From UHGV virus genome UHGV-0073881: a stretch of DNA of 64,000 nucleotides; one strand, given 5' to 3'. This document shows, piece by piece, positions 32,169 to 41,001 of this stretch. The number at the start of each line of letters is the position of its first letter. The stretch's first letter is position 1. Made by a program: the position numbers and the translations under genes. The notes below the pieces were generated by a model. It was not told where the DNA came from. It did not search any database and worked only from the letters and a program-made list of their open reading frames with translations. Origin of the DNA: a virus.

Positions 32169-32969
32169 ATGAAAACTGTAAATGAAATGCTGGCAGAAAA
32201 GAACATCAACGAACAATTCCTGTTAACTACTGTGGAAAGCCTTGCTGTAATTTTCCGTAGCAATACGTTCACTCGTGGCTTTATGCCAGAATCACTTCAA
32301 GTTACAGATATTGACAGTGACGAATCTTTCCGCTCAACTGTAGAGTTACTTACCAGCAATCGTAAAATTGCTCTGACCTCTATCGTTGTTGGTGTTGACT
32401 CTCTGGCTAAATTCCTGTTTGAGAACATGCAGAGTGGTGATTACTCTAGCATGGATGAGCAAAGCATTAATATGCTGCTTAATGAGATGACTGAACAGCA
32501 AATGGTCATGGGTATTGTTGGTGGAGTATCAAGTGTCATGGCTATGCTGGAAAAGCGTATGGAAGATAAATCTTCACGCTATGACAAACTTGATTGGGGT
32601 TTCAATGTAATCTCTGAACGTGCTAAAGCGCTGGCTATTGAAACTTACCAGAAACTGGAAGACTTGACTAAACAGGACGCAGATATTAAGCTTGACGACA
32701 TTCAGGTTATGGTTACTGCTCTGACACCTGCAATCATGACTATCATGAATATTCACGCAATTCTTGAAGTTGCAGATTTGCTGAAGTCTCCACCTTCTTT
32801 CATTGAAGAAATCAGTGGTGGTGCAAGTGCATCTGCTTTGCAAGATGTTCTTATGCAGACCAACGTAGCAATTGTACGTGAGAAGATTGCCATTAACTTT
32901 GGCGATGAATTTTTGCAGCAGATTGAAGCAATGGCTGAAAAGAACGGTGAAGATATTACAATTCACTAA
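32169..32969 (+). CDS. hypothetical protein
   Basis: 266-aa ORF followed by a terminator. Confidence 0.5.
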   Translation: MKTVNEMLAEKNINEQFLLTTVESLAVIFRSNTFTRGFMPESLQVTDIDSDESFRSTVELLTSNRKIALTSIVVGVDSLAKFLFENMQSGDYSSMDEQSINMLLNEMTEQQMVMGIVGGVSSVMAMLEKRMEDKSSRYDKLDWGFNVISERAKALAIETYQKLEDLTKQDADIKLDDIQVMVTALTPAIMTIMNIHAILEVADLLKSPPSFIEEISGGASASALQDVLMQTNVAIVREKIAINFGDEFLQQIEAMAEKNGEDITIH

Positions 32970-32985
32970 TTGTTAATACCCAAAT

Positions 32986-33010
32986 AGCCTCCTTAATTGG
33001 GGGCTTTTTA
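32986..33010 (+). terminator. rho-independent terminator
   Basis: AGCCTCC-ttaatt-GGGGGCT stem-loop (one G-U pair) followed by TTTTT. Confidence 0.55.
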
Positions 33011-33027
33011 TTATGGAGAGGTTGAGT

Positions 33028-33768
33028 ATGAAAAGTATTATTGCATTCACTGGTAAGGCTCGTTCTGGAAAAGACACTTCCTGTACTCTGGTAAGAAATG
33101 CCTTGACTGAGAAAGGTTACAAAGTTAAAGTTTTTGCGTTTGCAGATAACCTTAAAAACACTGCTGGAGATATCTTCAACCTGACTTGGGAAGATTTGTA
33201 TGGAGACACAAAAGAAACTCCACAGGTCTTCACACTGACTCATTCAGCATTATCTTCACAGGTTATTTGGGCTTTTTACAGACACATGCAAGATAAGGAT
33301 ATCCACAAGGATTTAAAGCTGTGTGGTGAATTAACCGACAAACTAATCAAAGAATTGAAAAAGGTTGGTAAACCGACATTACTCACCAGACTCGGCTTGC
33401 GTAATGAATATAAAATCTCTTCACGTCAAATCCAACAAGTTTGGGGAAGTGAAGTTGTCCGTAAAATCTTGGGTGAAAGGTTCTGGATTATTGACTTAGC
33501 AGAACGCATGGAGAAGTTCTTTGGTGAATGCCATACAGAAGACCATGAAGGTATTGCACTAATCTGTGATTTAAGATTTGACATTGAGGCTGAGTTTCTT
33601 CAAAGTTATGACAGTAAAATCATTGAGGTGAAGAGGGACAATACTACACAAGTTGCTTCACATCATTCTGAGAAAGGTATTTCAACCTTGTTTGAGCGTG
33701 ACATTATTCAAAACAATGGCACAATGGATGAGCTTGAAAGTAAACTAAAAGCTATCATTGGAATTTAA
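33028..33768 (+). CDS. putative deoxynucleoside monophosphate kinase
   Basis: P-loop AFTGKARSGKDT near the N-terminus; start set at ATG 33028 (GGAGAGG 6 nt upstream) rather than track start 33013, which lies in the terminator T-run. Confidence 0.5.
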   Translation: MKSIIAFTGKARSGKDTSCTLVRNALTEKGYKVKVFAFADNLKNTAGDIFNLTWEDLYGDTKETPQVFTLTHSALSSQVIWAFYRHMQDKDIHKDLKLCGELTDKLIKELKKVGKPTLLTRLGLRNEYKISSRQIQQVWGSEVVRKILGERFWIIDLAERMEKFFGECHTEDHEGIALICDLRFDIEAEFLQSYDSKIIEVKRDNTTQVASHHSEKGISTLFERDIIQNNGTMDELESKLKAIIGI

Positions 33769-33976
33769 AAAGAGAGATATTAAGATGAGAGTAGATAATT
33801 TAAAAGTAATTGACCACCGTTCTGTAGAACTCTCATCTCTTTCTAAGGAAGTAATGATGGAGCGACTTGAAAGGGTCACTTCACGAAGGAAAGAGATTGC
33901 TGAAGAAATTCATGAACTAGACAAGATTGAAAATGGTTTAAAAGCTGAACTGCAACGTAGAGGTGCTAATGTCTAA
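33758..33976 (+). CDS. hypothetical protein
   Basis: 72-aa coiled-coil-like ORF. Confidence 0.4.
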   Translation: MEFKKRDIKMRVDNLKVIDHRSVELSSLSKEVMMERLERVTSRRKEIAEEIHELDKIENGLKAELQRRGANV

Positions 33977-35954
33977 AGGTCGTAAATTGAAAGAGGCTGG
34001 TCAGTTTGTTGGTCACTGTGCATGTCCTAAGTGTGGTTCATCAGATGCAGGGTCTATCTATCATCATGACGATGATTCTTATTCGATGACTTGCTTTAGC
34101 TGTAACAAAGGGTTTCCAGAGTGGGATTTTGATAAGGGTCAGATTGTGAGCACATATTCTACAGGTTCTGATAATAATAGCCGTACTTTCCGTGGTATGG
34201 ATTTAGATGAAGTAAAAGAGAACCTTGAAGCAATGGATTTAAAAGACAGGAAGATTCCTGCAAAGGTTCTTGAACGTCTTGGTATTAAGGTTGACATTGA
34301 TGAAAACGGTGATATTGACGCTCACTTTTACCCAACTTATAAGAAAGATGAAAATGGGAAGCTGAAGCATGTTGGTTATCGTGTTCGCCACAAATACCCT
34401 GAAGACCATCCTAAAGAGCATCTTCGTGGCAAGTTAAAAGACTTCTCAGGTGGTGTAGGAGATATTAAAGGTGAACTGGCTATGTTCGGTTCATGGATTG
34501 CTCCAGAAGGTGGTAACCGTCTTTTCATTTGGGAAGGAGAGATGGAATGTGCTACAGCAATCTATATGACTTCTTTGGCAATCAAAGATAAGTCACGTAG
34601 AAAGAATTACTGTCACGTTTCTGTACCATCTGGTGCAAACATTAAGTCTATCAAAGAAAACTATCAGTACATTACATCGTTTGATGAGATTTACCTGTGC
34701 TTTGATAATGACGAAGCTGGAGCCAAAGTAACTAAAGAAGCTGCTGGTATTCTGCCTATTGAGAAGGTTCGTTTATTCCAGTACCCAGAAGGTGTTAAAG
34801 ACCTTAGCGAGTGGTGGACTAAATTCTTCAAAGACAAAGATACAGTCCTTGAAGGGTTTAAGCAGAGAATTTACAATGCACCTCGTTACTGCCCTGCTGG
34901 TATCAAGAACTTCGCAGATGGTTTTGAGGCTATGAAGAATCGTGGTCAGATTCCACTGATTCCCTTCCCAGATTCCTTCGGAGACCTTAACAGGTTGACT
35001 TATGGAGGTTATGGCTTAGGGGAAATTACAACTCTGGCTGCACCATCTTCAGTTGGTAAATCTGCATACACTCGTGAAATGATTTACACAGCTTGGAAAG
35101 AAACTGACTACAATATCGGTGTAATTCCTGTGGAAGACACCTATGAAGAGTTAATGGAAATGCTCTGTGCAATTCACCTGAGTAAGCAGATTTCAGAAAT
35201 TAATTATGATGAACGGGATTGGGATGAAATCAAAGTTGCACATGCTGAGTTGTCTGCTGGTCGTCGTATCCATATCGTTGACCACCAAGGGGCAATTGAC
35301 CAAGACAACCTTCTAGAGTTTGTTGACTATCTGGTTAACAGTCTAGGTTGCAAGATTATTATTCTTGACCCTATTACGTTGGCACTGTCACGTTCTGATA
35401 CAGATGAAGAAGAAGTTCTGTCTGAGTTACTTCGTCGTTGTAAGCGTTATCAATACGCTCAAGTAAACGTCTGTCACGTTCGTAAGAGTGCAGGTGGTCA
35501 GAAAGCTAACTCTGAAGGTGGAGATATCTCTGAAGAGGATATCAAGGGTTCTGGTGCATACTTCCAGATTTCTATGAACAACATTCTGTTAATGCGTAAC
35601 AAGGTTGACCCAGACCCTGTTAAGAAAAACTTGACTAAAATCAAGTTAACAAAATGTCGTCGTCATGGTAAGTCAACTGGTATTGCTGGTCACACTTGGT
35701 ATAACCCAGATACAGGTCGTCTTATCAAGGCTGCTGGTAGTGGTGTTGATATTGACGGTGCAGCAGAGAATATCCGTCAGCAATTTGGTATCGGTGAACC
35801 GGAAGACCACTATGATGATTCTATGCCACACTATGAAGATGGAGACTTTGACAAAGATACTGGTGAAATCTACACTGAAGAACAACGTCAAAGTTCTACC
35901 ATTCCACCTGTGATTAATGAGGATGATGATGACTGCCCGTTTGAAACTGAATGA
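33963..35954 (+). CDS. DNA primase/helicase (T7 gp4-like)
   Basis: N-terminal zinc ribbon (CPKCGS ... CFSCNKGF); TOPRIM-like acidic motifs (EGEMECA, FDNDEAG); DnaB-type Walker A (APSSVGKSAYT). Confidence 0.85.
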   Translation: MLMSKGRKLKEAGQFVGHCACPKCGSSDAGSIYHHDDDSYSMTCFSCNKGFPEWDFDKGQIVSTYSTGSDNNSRTFRGMDLDEVKENLEAMDLKDRKIPAKVLERLGIKVDIDENGDIDAHFYPTYKKDENGKLKHVGYRVRHKYPEDHPKEHLRGKLKDFSGGVGDIKGELAMFGSWIAPEGGNRLFIWEGEMECATAIYMTSLAIKDKSRRKNYCHVSVPSGANIKSIKENYQYITSFDEIYLCFDNDEAGAKVTKEAAGILPIEKVRLFQYPEGVKDLSEWWTKFFKDKDTVLEGFKQRIYNAPRYCPAGIKNFADGFEAMKNRGQIPLIPFPDSFGDLNRLTYGGYGLGEITTLAAPSSVGKSAYTREMIYTAWKETDYNIGVIPVEDTYEELMEMLCAIHLSKQISEINYDERDWDEIKVAHAELSAGRRIHIVDHQGAIDQDNLLEFVDYLVNSLGCKIIILDPITLALSRSDTDEEEVLSELLRRCKRYQYAQVNVCHVRKSAGGQKANSEGGDISEEDIKGSGAYFQISMNNILLMRNKVDPDPVKKNLTKIKLTKCRRHGKSTGIAGHTWYNPDTGRLIKAAGSGVDIDGAAENIRQQFGIGEPEDHYDDSMPHYEDGDFDKDTGEIYTEEQRQSSTIPPVINEDDDDCPFETE

Positions 35955-36207
35955 GTGTTATCTGAAGGAGGGTTTCACGCCCTTCTATTCAGAAGAGACT
36001 ACTAAAAAATTCGCAAAAGAGTGCTTGACTAAGATTGAACAGTTCGCTAAAGTACTCATCAACAAGGGGCACGATGTTACTTTTGAACATGAAAGCCGTA
36101 AAGATAAAGACTTGTTTGCACTGTCAATTGACAAAGCTGATACAATTTATCTTTTCACCTTGACTTTAAAAACATTTGAATATGAAATATATCGGAGCAC
36201 AAAATGA
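35917..36207 (+). CDS. hypothetical protein
   Basis: 96-aa ORF overlapping the primase-helicase 3' end. Confidence 0.45.
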   Translation: MRMMMTARLKLNECYLKEGFTPFYSEETTKKFAKECLTKIEQFAKVLINKGHDVTFEHESRKDKDLFALSIDKADTIYLFTLTLKTFEYEIYRSTK

Positions 36208-36341
36208 AACACTCTAAAGCATTTGAAGCAGTATTTGGCGATTCCATGAAAGCAACTGCTGGTAAGTCTGCTGCACATTATGAAGCGAAGCGTGTACGTA
36301 CTGGCAAGACTGCTCGCAAAGCTGCTAAGAAAGCTGCTTAA
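36204..36341 (+). CDS. small basic Lys/Ala-rich protein
   Basis: 45 codons, below the ORF-track cutoff; ATGA start/stop overlap with upstream ORF; CGGAG 6 nt upstream; K/A-rich C-terminus. Confidence 0.4.
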   Translation: MKHSKAFEAVFGDSMKATAGKSAAHYEAKRVRTGKTARKAAKKAA

Positions 36342-36347
36342 AAAGAT

Positions 36348-36376
36348 TTGACAAAGGAGTATGAAGTCTGTAACAT
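36348..36376 (+). promoter_or_regulatory. sigma70-like promoter candidate (TTGACA-N17-TAACAT)
   Basis: hexamers upstream of the SSB-like gene; spacer contains a short hairpin. Confidence 0.35.
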
Positions 36377-36428
36377 TGTACTCCTTCGAGTTTGAGTTAA
36401 AAGTTTAATTGAGTAAAGAGGTATTAAA

Positions 36429-37271
36429 ATGTCTAAAGTTGTTAAAATGAAATCTCCGGTAGAAAAGTACAACGGTCAAGAGCGCGAGACAATGCGTTAT
36501 CTGCTGAAAGATGTTTGGTTCTACTACCTGAACACTATTCCACGCCCGGGAAAAGGTAAGTCAGTAGATAAGAAATTCCCAGGCAAAGATTGCAACTACA
36601 GCGTTTCAATTCTTGCAAAGGATGGTAACAAGCTGTTTAAAGAGTTTACCAAGACCAAGAAGAGTCCTGAAGGTTGGGATAAGGTCACCACTGAAGTTGT
36701 TGATGCAGATGACTTTGAAGAAAAATTTGGTTGTGAGCCTCCATTTGAAGCTGACACCTATCACATCTTGAAAGTTAGTCGTGCTGCTGCTTACAAAGAT
36801 GGTGCTGTGTGGACAGCTAAACAGTCTTTCCCTGTAAGTCTGATTGAAGAAATTAACGGGAAGCGTGTTGCAGTTAAGCAGCCTATGAAGAAAATCAAAG
36901 CGCTTAAATCTGATAAGCACGAAGATGATAAGAACTATGACGTAGTTCACCCAGACATTGCAGTTGGTAACGGTTCTTTTGGTAGTGTTATCTTGGCAAC
37001 TCACTTCTACACATTTGAAGGTGCTGTGTTGACGAAACCAATTCAAGAGCAGTTTATCATTGATACTCTGGTTCCGTACACTGGTGGTACAGGTAGCAAC
37101 TCTGATACTGAACTGGATGAAGACGAACTGGCAATGCTTGGTCTGGATGGTGTTGAAGATAATGGTACTATCACTGAAGAAGAACCTACAGAAAATGATG
37201 GTGACGACGACGATGATGACCTTCCAACTCCAGACGACGATGACGACGATGACTTTGATACTGAAGAATAA
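36429..37271 (+). CDS. putative single-stranded DNA-binding protein with acidic C-terminal tail
   Basis: 280 aa; sits between primase-helicase and 5'-3' exonuclease; C-terminus DDDDDDLPTPDDDDDDDFDTEE recalls the acidic, Phe-containing tails of T7 gp2.5-type SSBs. Confidence 0.45.
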   Translation: MSKVVKMKSPVEKYNGQERETMRYLLKDVWFYYLNTIPRPGKGKSVDKKFPGKDCNYSVSILAKDGNKLFKEFTKTKKSPEGWDKVTTEVVDADDFEEKFGCEPPFEADTYHILKVSRAAAYKDGAVWTAKQSFPVSLIEEINGKRVAVKQPMKKIKALKSDKHEDDKNYDVVHPDIAVGNGSFGSVILATHFYTFEGAVLTKPIQEQFIIDTLVPYTGGTGSNSDTELDEDELAMLGLDGVEDNGTITEEEPTENDGDDDDDDLPTPDDDDDDDFDTEE

Positions 37272-37288
37272 TCGTTAAAACTAATACT

Positions 37289-37317
37289 AAGCCCTGTACT
37301 ATGTATGGGGCTTTTTC
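37289..37317 (+). terminator. rho-independent terminator
   Basis: AAGCCC ... GGGGCT stem followed by TTTTT. Confidence 0.5.
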
Positions 37318-37331
37318 GTATGGAGATTAAA

Positions 37332-38378
37332 ATGGAAAAGTATACACTTACAAAACTCCCAGATACTGTGACACACGTCTTTATTGACTCTGATAGCATT
37401 GCCTATAAAGGTGCTTGTGTAGTTGAGAAAGCAAAGTACAAGTATGTGAACAAAATCACTGCTGAAGAGTCTGAAGGGTTTGACAGTGCAAAGCTTGCTA
37501 ATCAATGGTTGTCAGACCAGAGAACTTTGACAGAAGAACTTGGCCTCAGCTTTGATGAAGATGAATGGGAAAGACAAACTTGGAAAGAAGCTAAGAGTGA
37601 AAAAGAAGCTATTATGGCAACTCAACAAGTTCTTCAAGAATGGTTGAAGGTTGTCGGAAAAGAAAGACATTGGGAAGGTTACCTCACAGAGAAAGGTGTT
37701 CACAAACACAAAGACATTAAAGGTCTTGAACATCAATACCAAGGTAACAGGAAAGATGCTGTAACACCAACGCACCTAGTTGCTTGTCGTGAGTATCTTC
37801 TGTCACGACCAGAGTTTAAGCTTTTAAAGGGAGGCTTTGAAGCTGACTCTATTGTAATTGCCAAAGCTGAGAAGATGGGTAAAAAAGCTGCATTGATGAG
37901 TATTGATAAAGACCTTCGTCAAGCTGAAGGCACATACTGCATCGATATGACTTATGAGAAAGCCCCATTAATCTTTATCGCTGATGGTAATGTGGGAGAG
38001 ATTTGGGATTGTCCTATCAAATCTAAACCAAAAGCTAAGAAGACGGTTGGAGTAGGCTTCAAATTCCTCTGCTATCAAGCTGTAGCAGGTGATAATGCCG
38101 ATAACTACTTTGGCCTTAAGGGTGCTGGTAAAGTTGCTGTAATGAACGCTCTGGAAGGTAAAACAACCTATAAAGAGTGTCTTGATGCAATCTATGAACT
38201 GTATGCTAAGAAAGACTCTTACACATACGTATCGTGGGACGGTGAAACAATTACAAGAACACCTCTTGAGTTGATGGAACAACATTTCTTCTTAGCATAC
38301 CAAGAGCGAAACAAATCAGATGACTTCTCATTTGAAAAGTATGGTTGGACTCCAAATGTTGACTCAGCAGACACTTAA
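37332..38378 (+). CDS. 5'-3' exonuclease / flap endonuclease
   Basis: helix-3-turn-helix-like motif AGDNADNYFGLKGAGKVA characteristic of FEN/5'-3' exonucleases; start set at ATG 37332 (GGAG 6 nt upstream) since track start 37305 lies inside the terminator. Confidence 0.7.
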   Translation: MEKYTLTKLPDTVTHVFIDSDSIAYKGACVVEKAKYKYVNKITAEESEGFDSAKLANQWLSDQRTLTEELGLSFDEDEWERQTWKEAKSEKEAIMATQQVLQEWLKVVGKERHWEGYLTEKGVHKHKDIKGLEHQYQGNRKDAVTPTHLVACREYLLSRPEFKLLKGGFEADSIVIAKAEKMGKKAALMSIDKDLRQAEGTYCIDMTYEKAPLIFIADGNVGEIWDCPIKSKPKAKKTVGVGFKFLCYQAVAGDNADNYFGLKGAGKVAVMNALEGKTTYKECLDAIYELYAKKDSYTYVSWDGETITRTPLELMEQHFFLAYQERNKSDDFSFEKYGWTPNVDSADT

Positions 38379-38856
38379 AGAGTATCTTCATTATGACCCC
38401 GAAACAGGGGTCTTTACTTGGTTGAAGAAATCGGCTAATAGGACAGTCATTGGTTCAGTTGCTGGAACACCCCATAAAAGGGGCTATATCAGGATTACCA
38501 TAAAGAGAAAATCATACATGGCTCATGATTTAGCCATTCTTTACACAGAGGGATTCTTACCAGACCGTGTAGACCATCGTAACGGAATTACTAATGACAA
38601 CCGAAGAATGAACTTGAGAGTTTGCACTCAAGCTGAAAATTGTTGGAATAGAAAAATACACTCCAACAATACATCTGGCGTAAAAGGTGTATCATTCAAC
38701 AAAGCTTCACAGAGGTGGAGAGCAAGGATTATGGTTCACGGTGTAACACATTTCCTTGGTCTGTTTGACAATGTTGATGATGCCAAAGAAGCAATTAGAA
38801 AGAAAAGAGAAGAACTTCACAGAGAGTTCACAAATCATGGAGAAGCTTATGAATGA
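38356..38856 (+). CDS. HNH homing endonuclease with AP2-like domain
   Basis: HNH motif (VDHRNGITNDNRRMNLRVCTQAEN) and AP2-like C-terminus; paralogue of the ORF at 28266..28778 (shared YDPETGVFTW); start at internal Met aligning with paralogue, track start is 38320. Confidence 0.65.
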   Translation: MLTQQTLKEYLHYDPETGVFTWLKKSANRTVIGSVAGTPHKRGYIRITIKRKSYMAHDLAILYTEGFLPDRVDHRNGITNDNRRMNLRVCTQAENCWNRKIHSNNTSGVKGVSFNKASQRWRARIMVHGVTHFLGLFDNVDDAKEAIRKKREELHREFTNHGEAYE

Positions 38857-39353
38857 AGATTAAAGGTTTTGGCAATTGCCCTGAATATGGACATTGGATT
38901 TCACTGTGCGGGGAAATTGACCCCGCTAAGTATTTTGGATTTGTTTACTTAGTATACTGTAAAAAGACTGGACAGTATTATTTGGGAAAGAAACAGTTTA
39001 ACAATGTCTCTAAAAAGAAAGTAGCTGGAAAGACCAGACGTAAAGTTGTCACCAAAGAGAGTGACTGGCTGACGTATCAGACTTCTTCGGAGTACATTAA
39101 GAAGGATATTGAAACTTTTGGTAAAAAAGAGTTTGACTTCTACATTGTGCAGCCTTACTATACGCGAGGTGGATTGGTCTACGGAGAAGCCAATTTACAA
39201 CATAAGTTTGACGTCATGACAAAAAGGATTGACTCCAAGCTTCGACTCTTCTACAATGCGAATATTGCAGCTATCAAGTTTCTTACGAAAGAGACTTATG
39301 AAGATGCAGAGAAGAGAATCCATAAAATCATGAAACTTAATGAGAGAGAATAA
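38853..39353 (+). CDS. putative GIY-YIG homing endonuclease
   Basis: N-terminal FVYLVYCKKTGQYYLGKK resembles GIY-(10-11 aa)-YIG; basic C-terminal region. Confidence 0.45.
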   Translation: MKIKGFGNCPEYGHWISLCGEIDPAKYFGFVYLVYCKKTGQYYLGKKQFNNVSKKKVAGKTRRKVVTKESDWLTYQTSSEYIKKDIETFGKKEFDFYIVQPYYTRGGLVYGEANLQHKFDVMTKRIDSKLRLFYNANIAAIKFLTKETYEDAEKRIHKIMKLNERE

Positions 39354-39564
39354 AATGTTTAAATCTATCAAGAATGACCACCAAGCTAAAATTGAAGCTG
39401 GCTTGGACAACCTGAAGACGGTAATTGCAAAGGCTAAAGAAGCCACCGAAACAGAAATGGATGCTCTGGAATCACAGATTCAGCATCTAATCAACAAACG
39501 TGTTGAACTGAAAGCCCGTCTGGATTATATTGTTGCTAAACAGGAACTGTTTCAGGAGGTTTAA
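39340..39564 (+). CDS. hypothetical coiled-coil protein
   Basis: 74-aa ORF. Confidence 0.4.
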   Translation: MRENKMFKSIKNDHQAKIEAGLDNLKTVIAKAKEATETEMDALESQIQHLINKRVELKARLDYIVAKQELFQEV

Positions 39565-40319
39565 TGTTTAATTCCAGAGAATCTGTAGTAAATTGGAATC
39601 TTCGTTGTGGCAAGAATCCAAAGGAACTTTATAGCCCTGAATATTGGGAATCACTGAAAAGTCAGTCTCTGTGTATGTTGGAAGAGGCTAAAGAGTTAGT
39701 TGCAGCAGTTGAGGCAAAAGACCCTGTTGAGACTCTTGATGCTCAAGCTGACTTACAATATGTTCTAGATGGTTTAGTATTCTTGTCACAGCATGACCAC
39801 GACGGAGCTATGAAAGCTGTTTGTGAGAATAACAATCTGAAGTACACCGATGACTACCAAGAAGCTGTGCAACGTATGTTTGATATTGAGAAACGTACTG
39901 GTGATGAATGCTATCTGCGTCTGTCAATCGTTGAAGGTAAAGAATGGTTTGCAGTAGTCCGTAAATCTGATGGTAAGATTATGAAACAATCTAATCTTCC
40001 AAAAGTTCAGTTAGGATGCTATATTGCTGAAGCTGAACGAAAAGAACTCTTGGTAGTAACATCTGAAACGTGTGTTATTTGCCAAGGTTTGGTAGGAAGT
40101 CTGAAGAGTCTTGGTATTAAGGACTTCAATGAAGTTAATCCAATTACCTCAAGAGCCGACAAAGACTTCTGCCGTGAAAATGGATTATGGATTGCAGATA
40201 TTGTTTACTATGACGGTGAGAAGTTCCATGTAACCTCATACCCGAAACTGAACTATGATGCAAATAACCTGAAGAACTGGTTAAAAGGGGTTGGTTATAA
40301 TGGATTCACAGAACATTAA
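39564..40319 (+). CDS. hypothetical protein (possible MazG-like N-terminal region)
   Basis: 251-aa ORF; weak resemblance to nucleotide pyrophosphohydrolase helices (EEAKELVAAVE ... LQYVLDGLVF). Confidence 0.4.
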   Translation: MFNSRESVVNWNLRCGKNPKELYSPEYWESLKSQSLCMLEEAKELVAAVEAKDPVETLDAQADLQYVLDGLVFLSQHDHDGAMKAVCENNNLKYTDDYQEAVQRMFDIEKRTGDECYLRLSIVEGKEWFAVVRKSDGKIMKQSNLPKVQLGCYIAEAERKELLVVTSETCVICQGLVGSLKSLGIKDFNEVNPITSRADKDFCRENGLWIADIVYYDGEKFHVTSYPKLNYDANNLKNWLKGVGYNGFTEH

Positions 40320-40623
40320 TAAAGCAGAGGTGGCTCAAAAGAGCCATTTCTCAAACTACAATCTCTCTATGACGGTGTTTATGAATGATTCACTGCTAGA
40401 GAAATATGGTGAGACTCCAGATACCATTCTGGATAACGAGCAAGTCTTACGGGCAGTTCTTTACAAATATGGTTTAGATATTGATAAAGACTACTCTTAT
40501 GAGATTTGTCAGCACAGAAACACTTTTGGTAAAGTTGTTCTGGCTCCACTATTCATGGGTGTTGAGCGCGTAGATGAACAGTGGACTTACTTAAAACGTA
40601 ACTTGGATAGATACCATGTCTAA
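40291..40623 (+). CDS. hypothetical protein
   Basis: 110-aa ORF. Confidence 0.4.
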   Translation: MVIMDSQNINKAEVAQKSHFSNYNLSMTVFMNDSLLEKYGETPDTILDNEQVLRAVLYKYGLDIDKDYSYEICQHRNTFGKVVLAPLFMGVERVDEQWTYLKRNLDRYHV

Positions 40624-40951
40624 AACTAAAAAGCTGACAGCAGAAGAAATCAAATCGGGTGTTGAACTTGGTGTTGATAAGTTTGATGAGCCATTGCACT
40701 TCGGTGACTTTGTAATGTATACCCAAGACTGCAAAGGACGTAGTGATATTTGCTTTGGTAGAGTTGTCTGTAAAGTTCGTGGTAACTTTGCAATAGCAAG
40801 AATTGATGACAACATCTACGAAAAGCTTGACAGAATTATGGGTGATTACTCCGGATATTGGTATTGCAACGCAATGTCAAAAGGTTCTATCACCAAAGTA
40901 TCTCAGAAGTTTTATGAACTCTGGGAAAATAAAAAGATTTTTAGCATTTAA
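40616..40951 (+). CDS. hypothetical protein
   Basis: 111-aa ORF followed by a strong terminator. Confidence 0.45.
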   Translation: MSKTKKLTAEEIKSGVELGVDKFDEPLHFGDFVMYTQDCKGRSDICFGRVVCKVRGNFAIARIDDNIYEKLDRIMGDYSGYWYCNAMSKGSITKVSQKFYELWENKKIFSI

Positions 40952-40957
40952 TCTCTA

Positions 40958-40983
40958 AGGGGTCTCTTCGGAGACCCTTTTTC
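40958..40983 (+). terminator. rho-independent terminator
   Basis: GGGGTCTC-TTCG-GAGACCC followed by TTTTT. Confidence 0.65.
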
Positions 40984-41001
40984 ACCTGTAGGATTCAAAC
41001 A

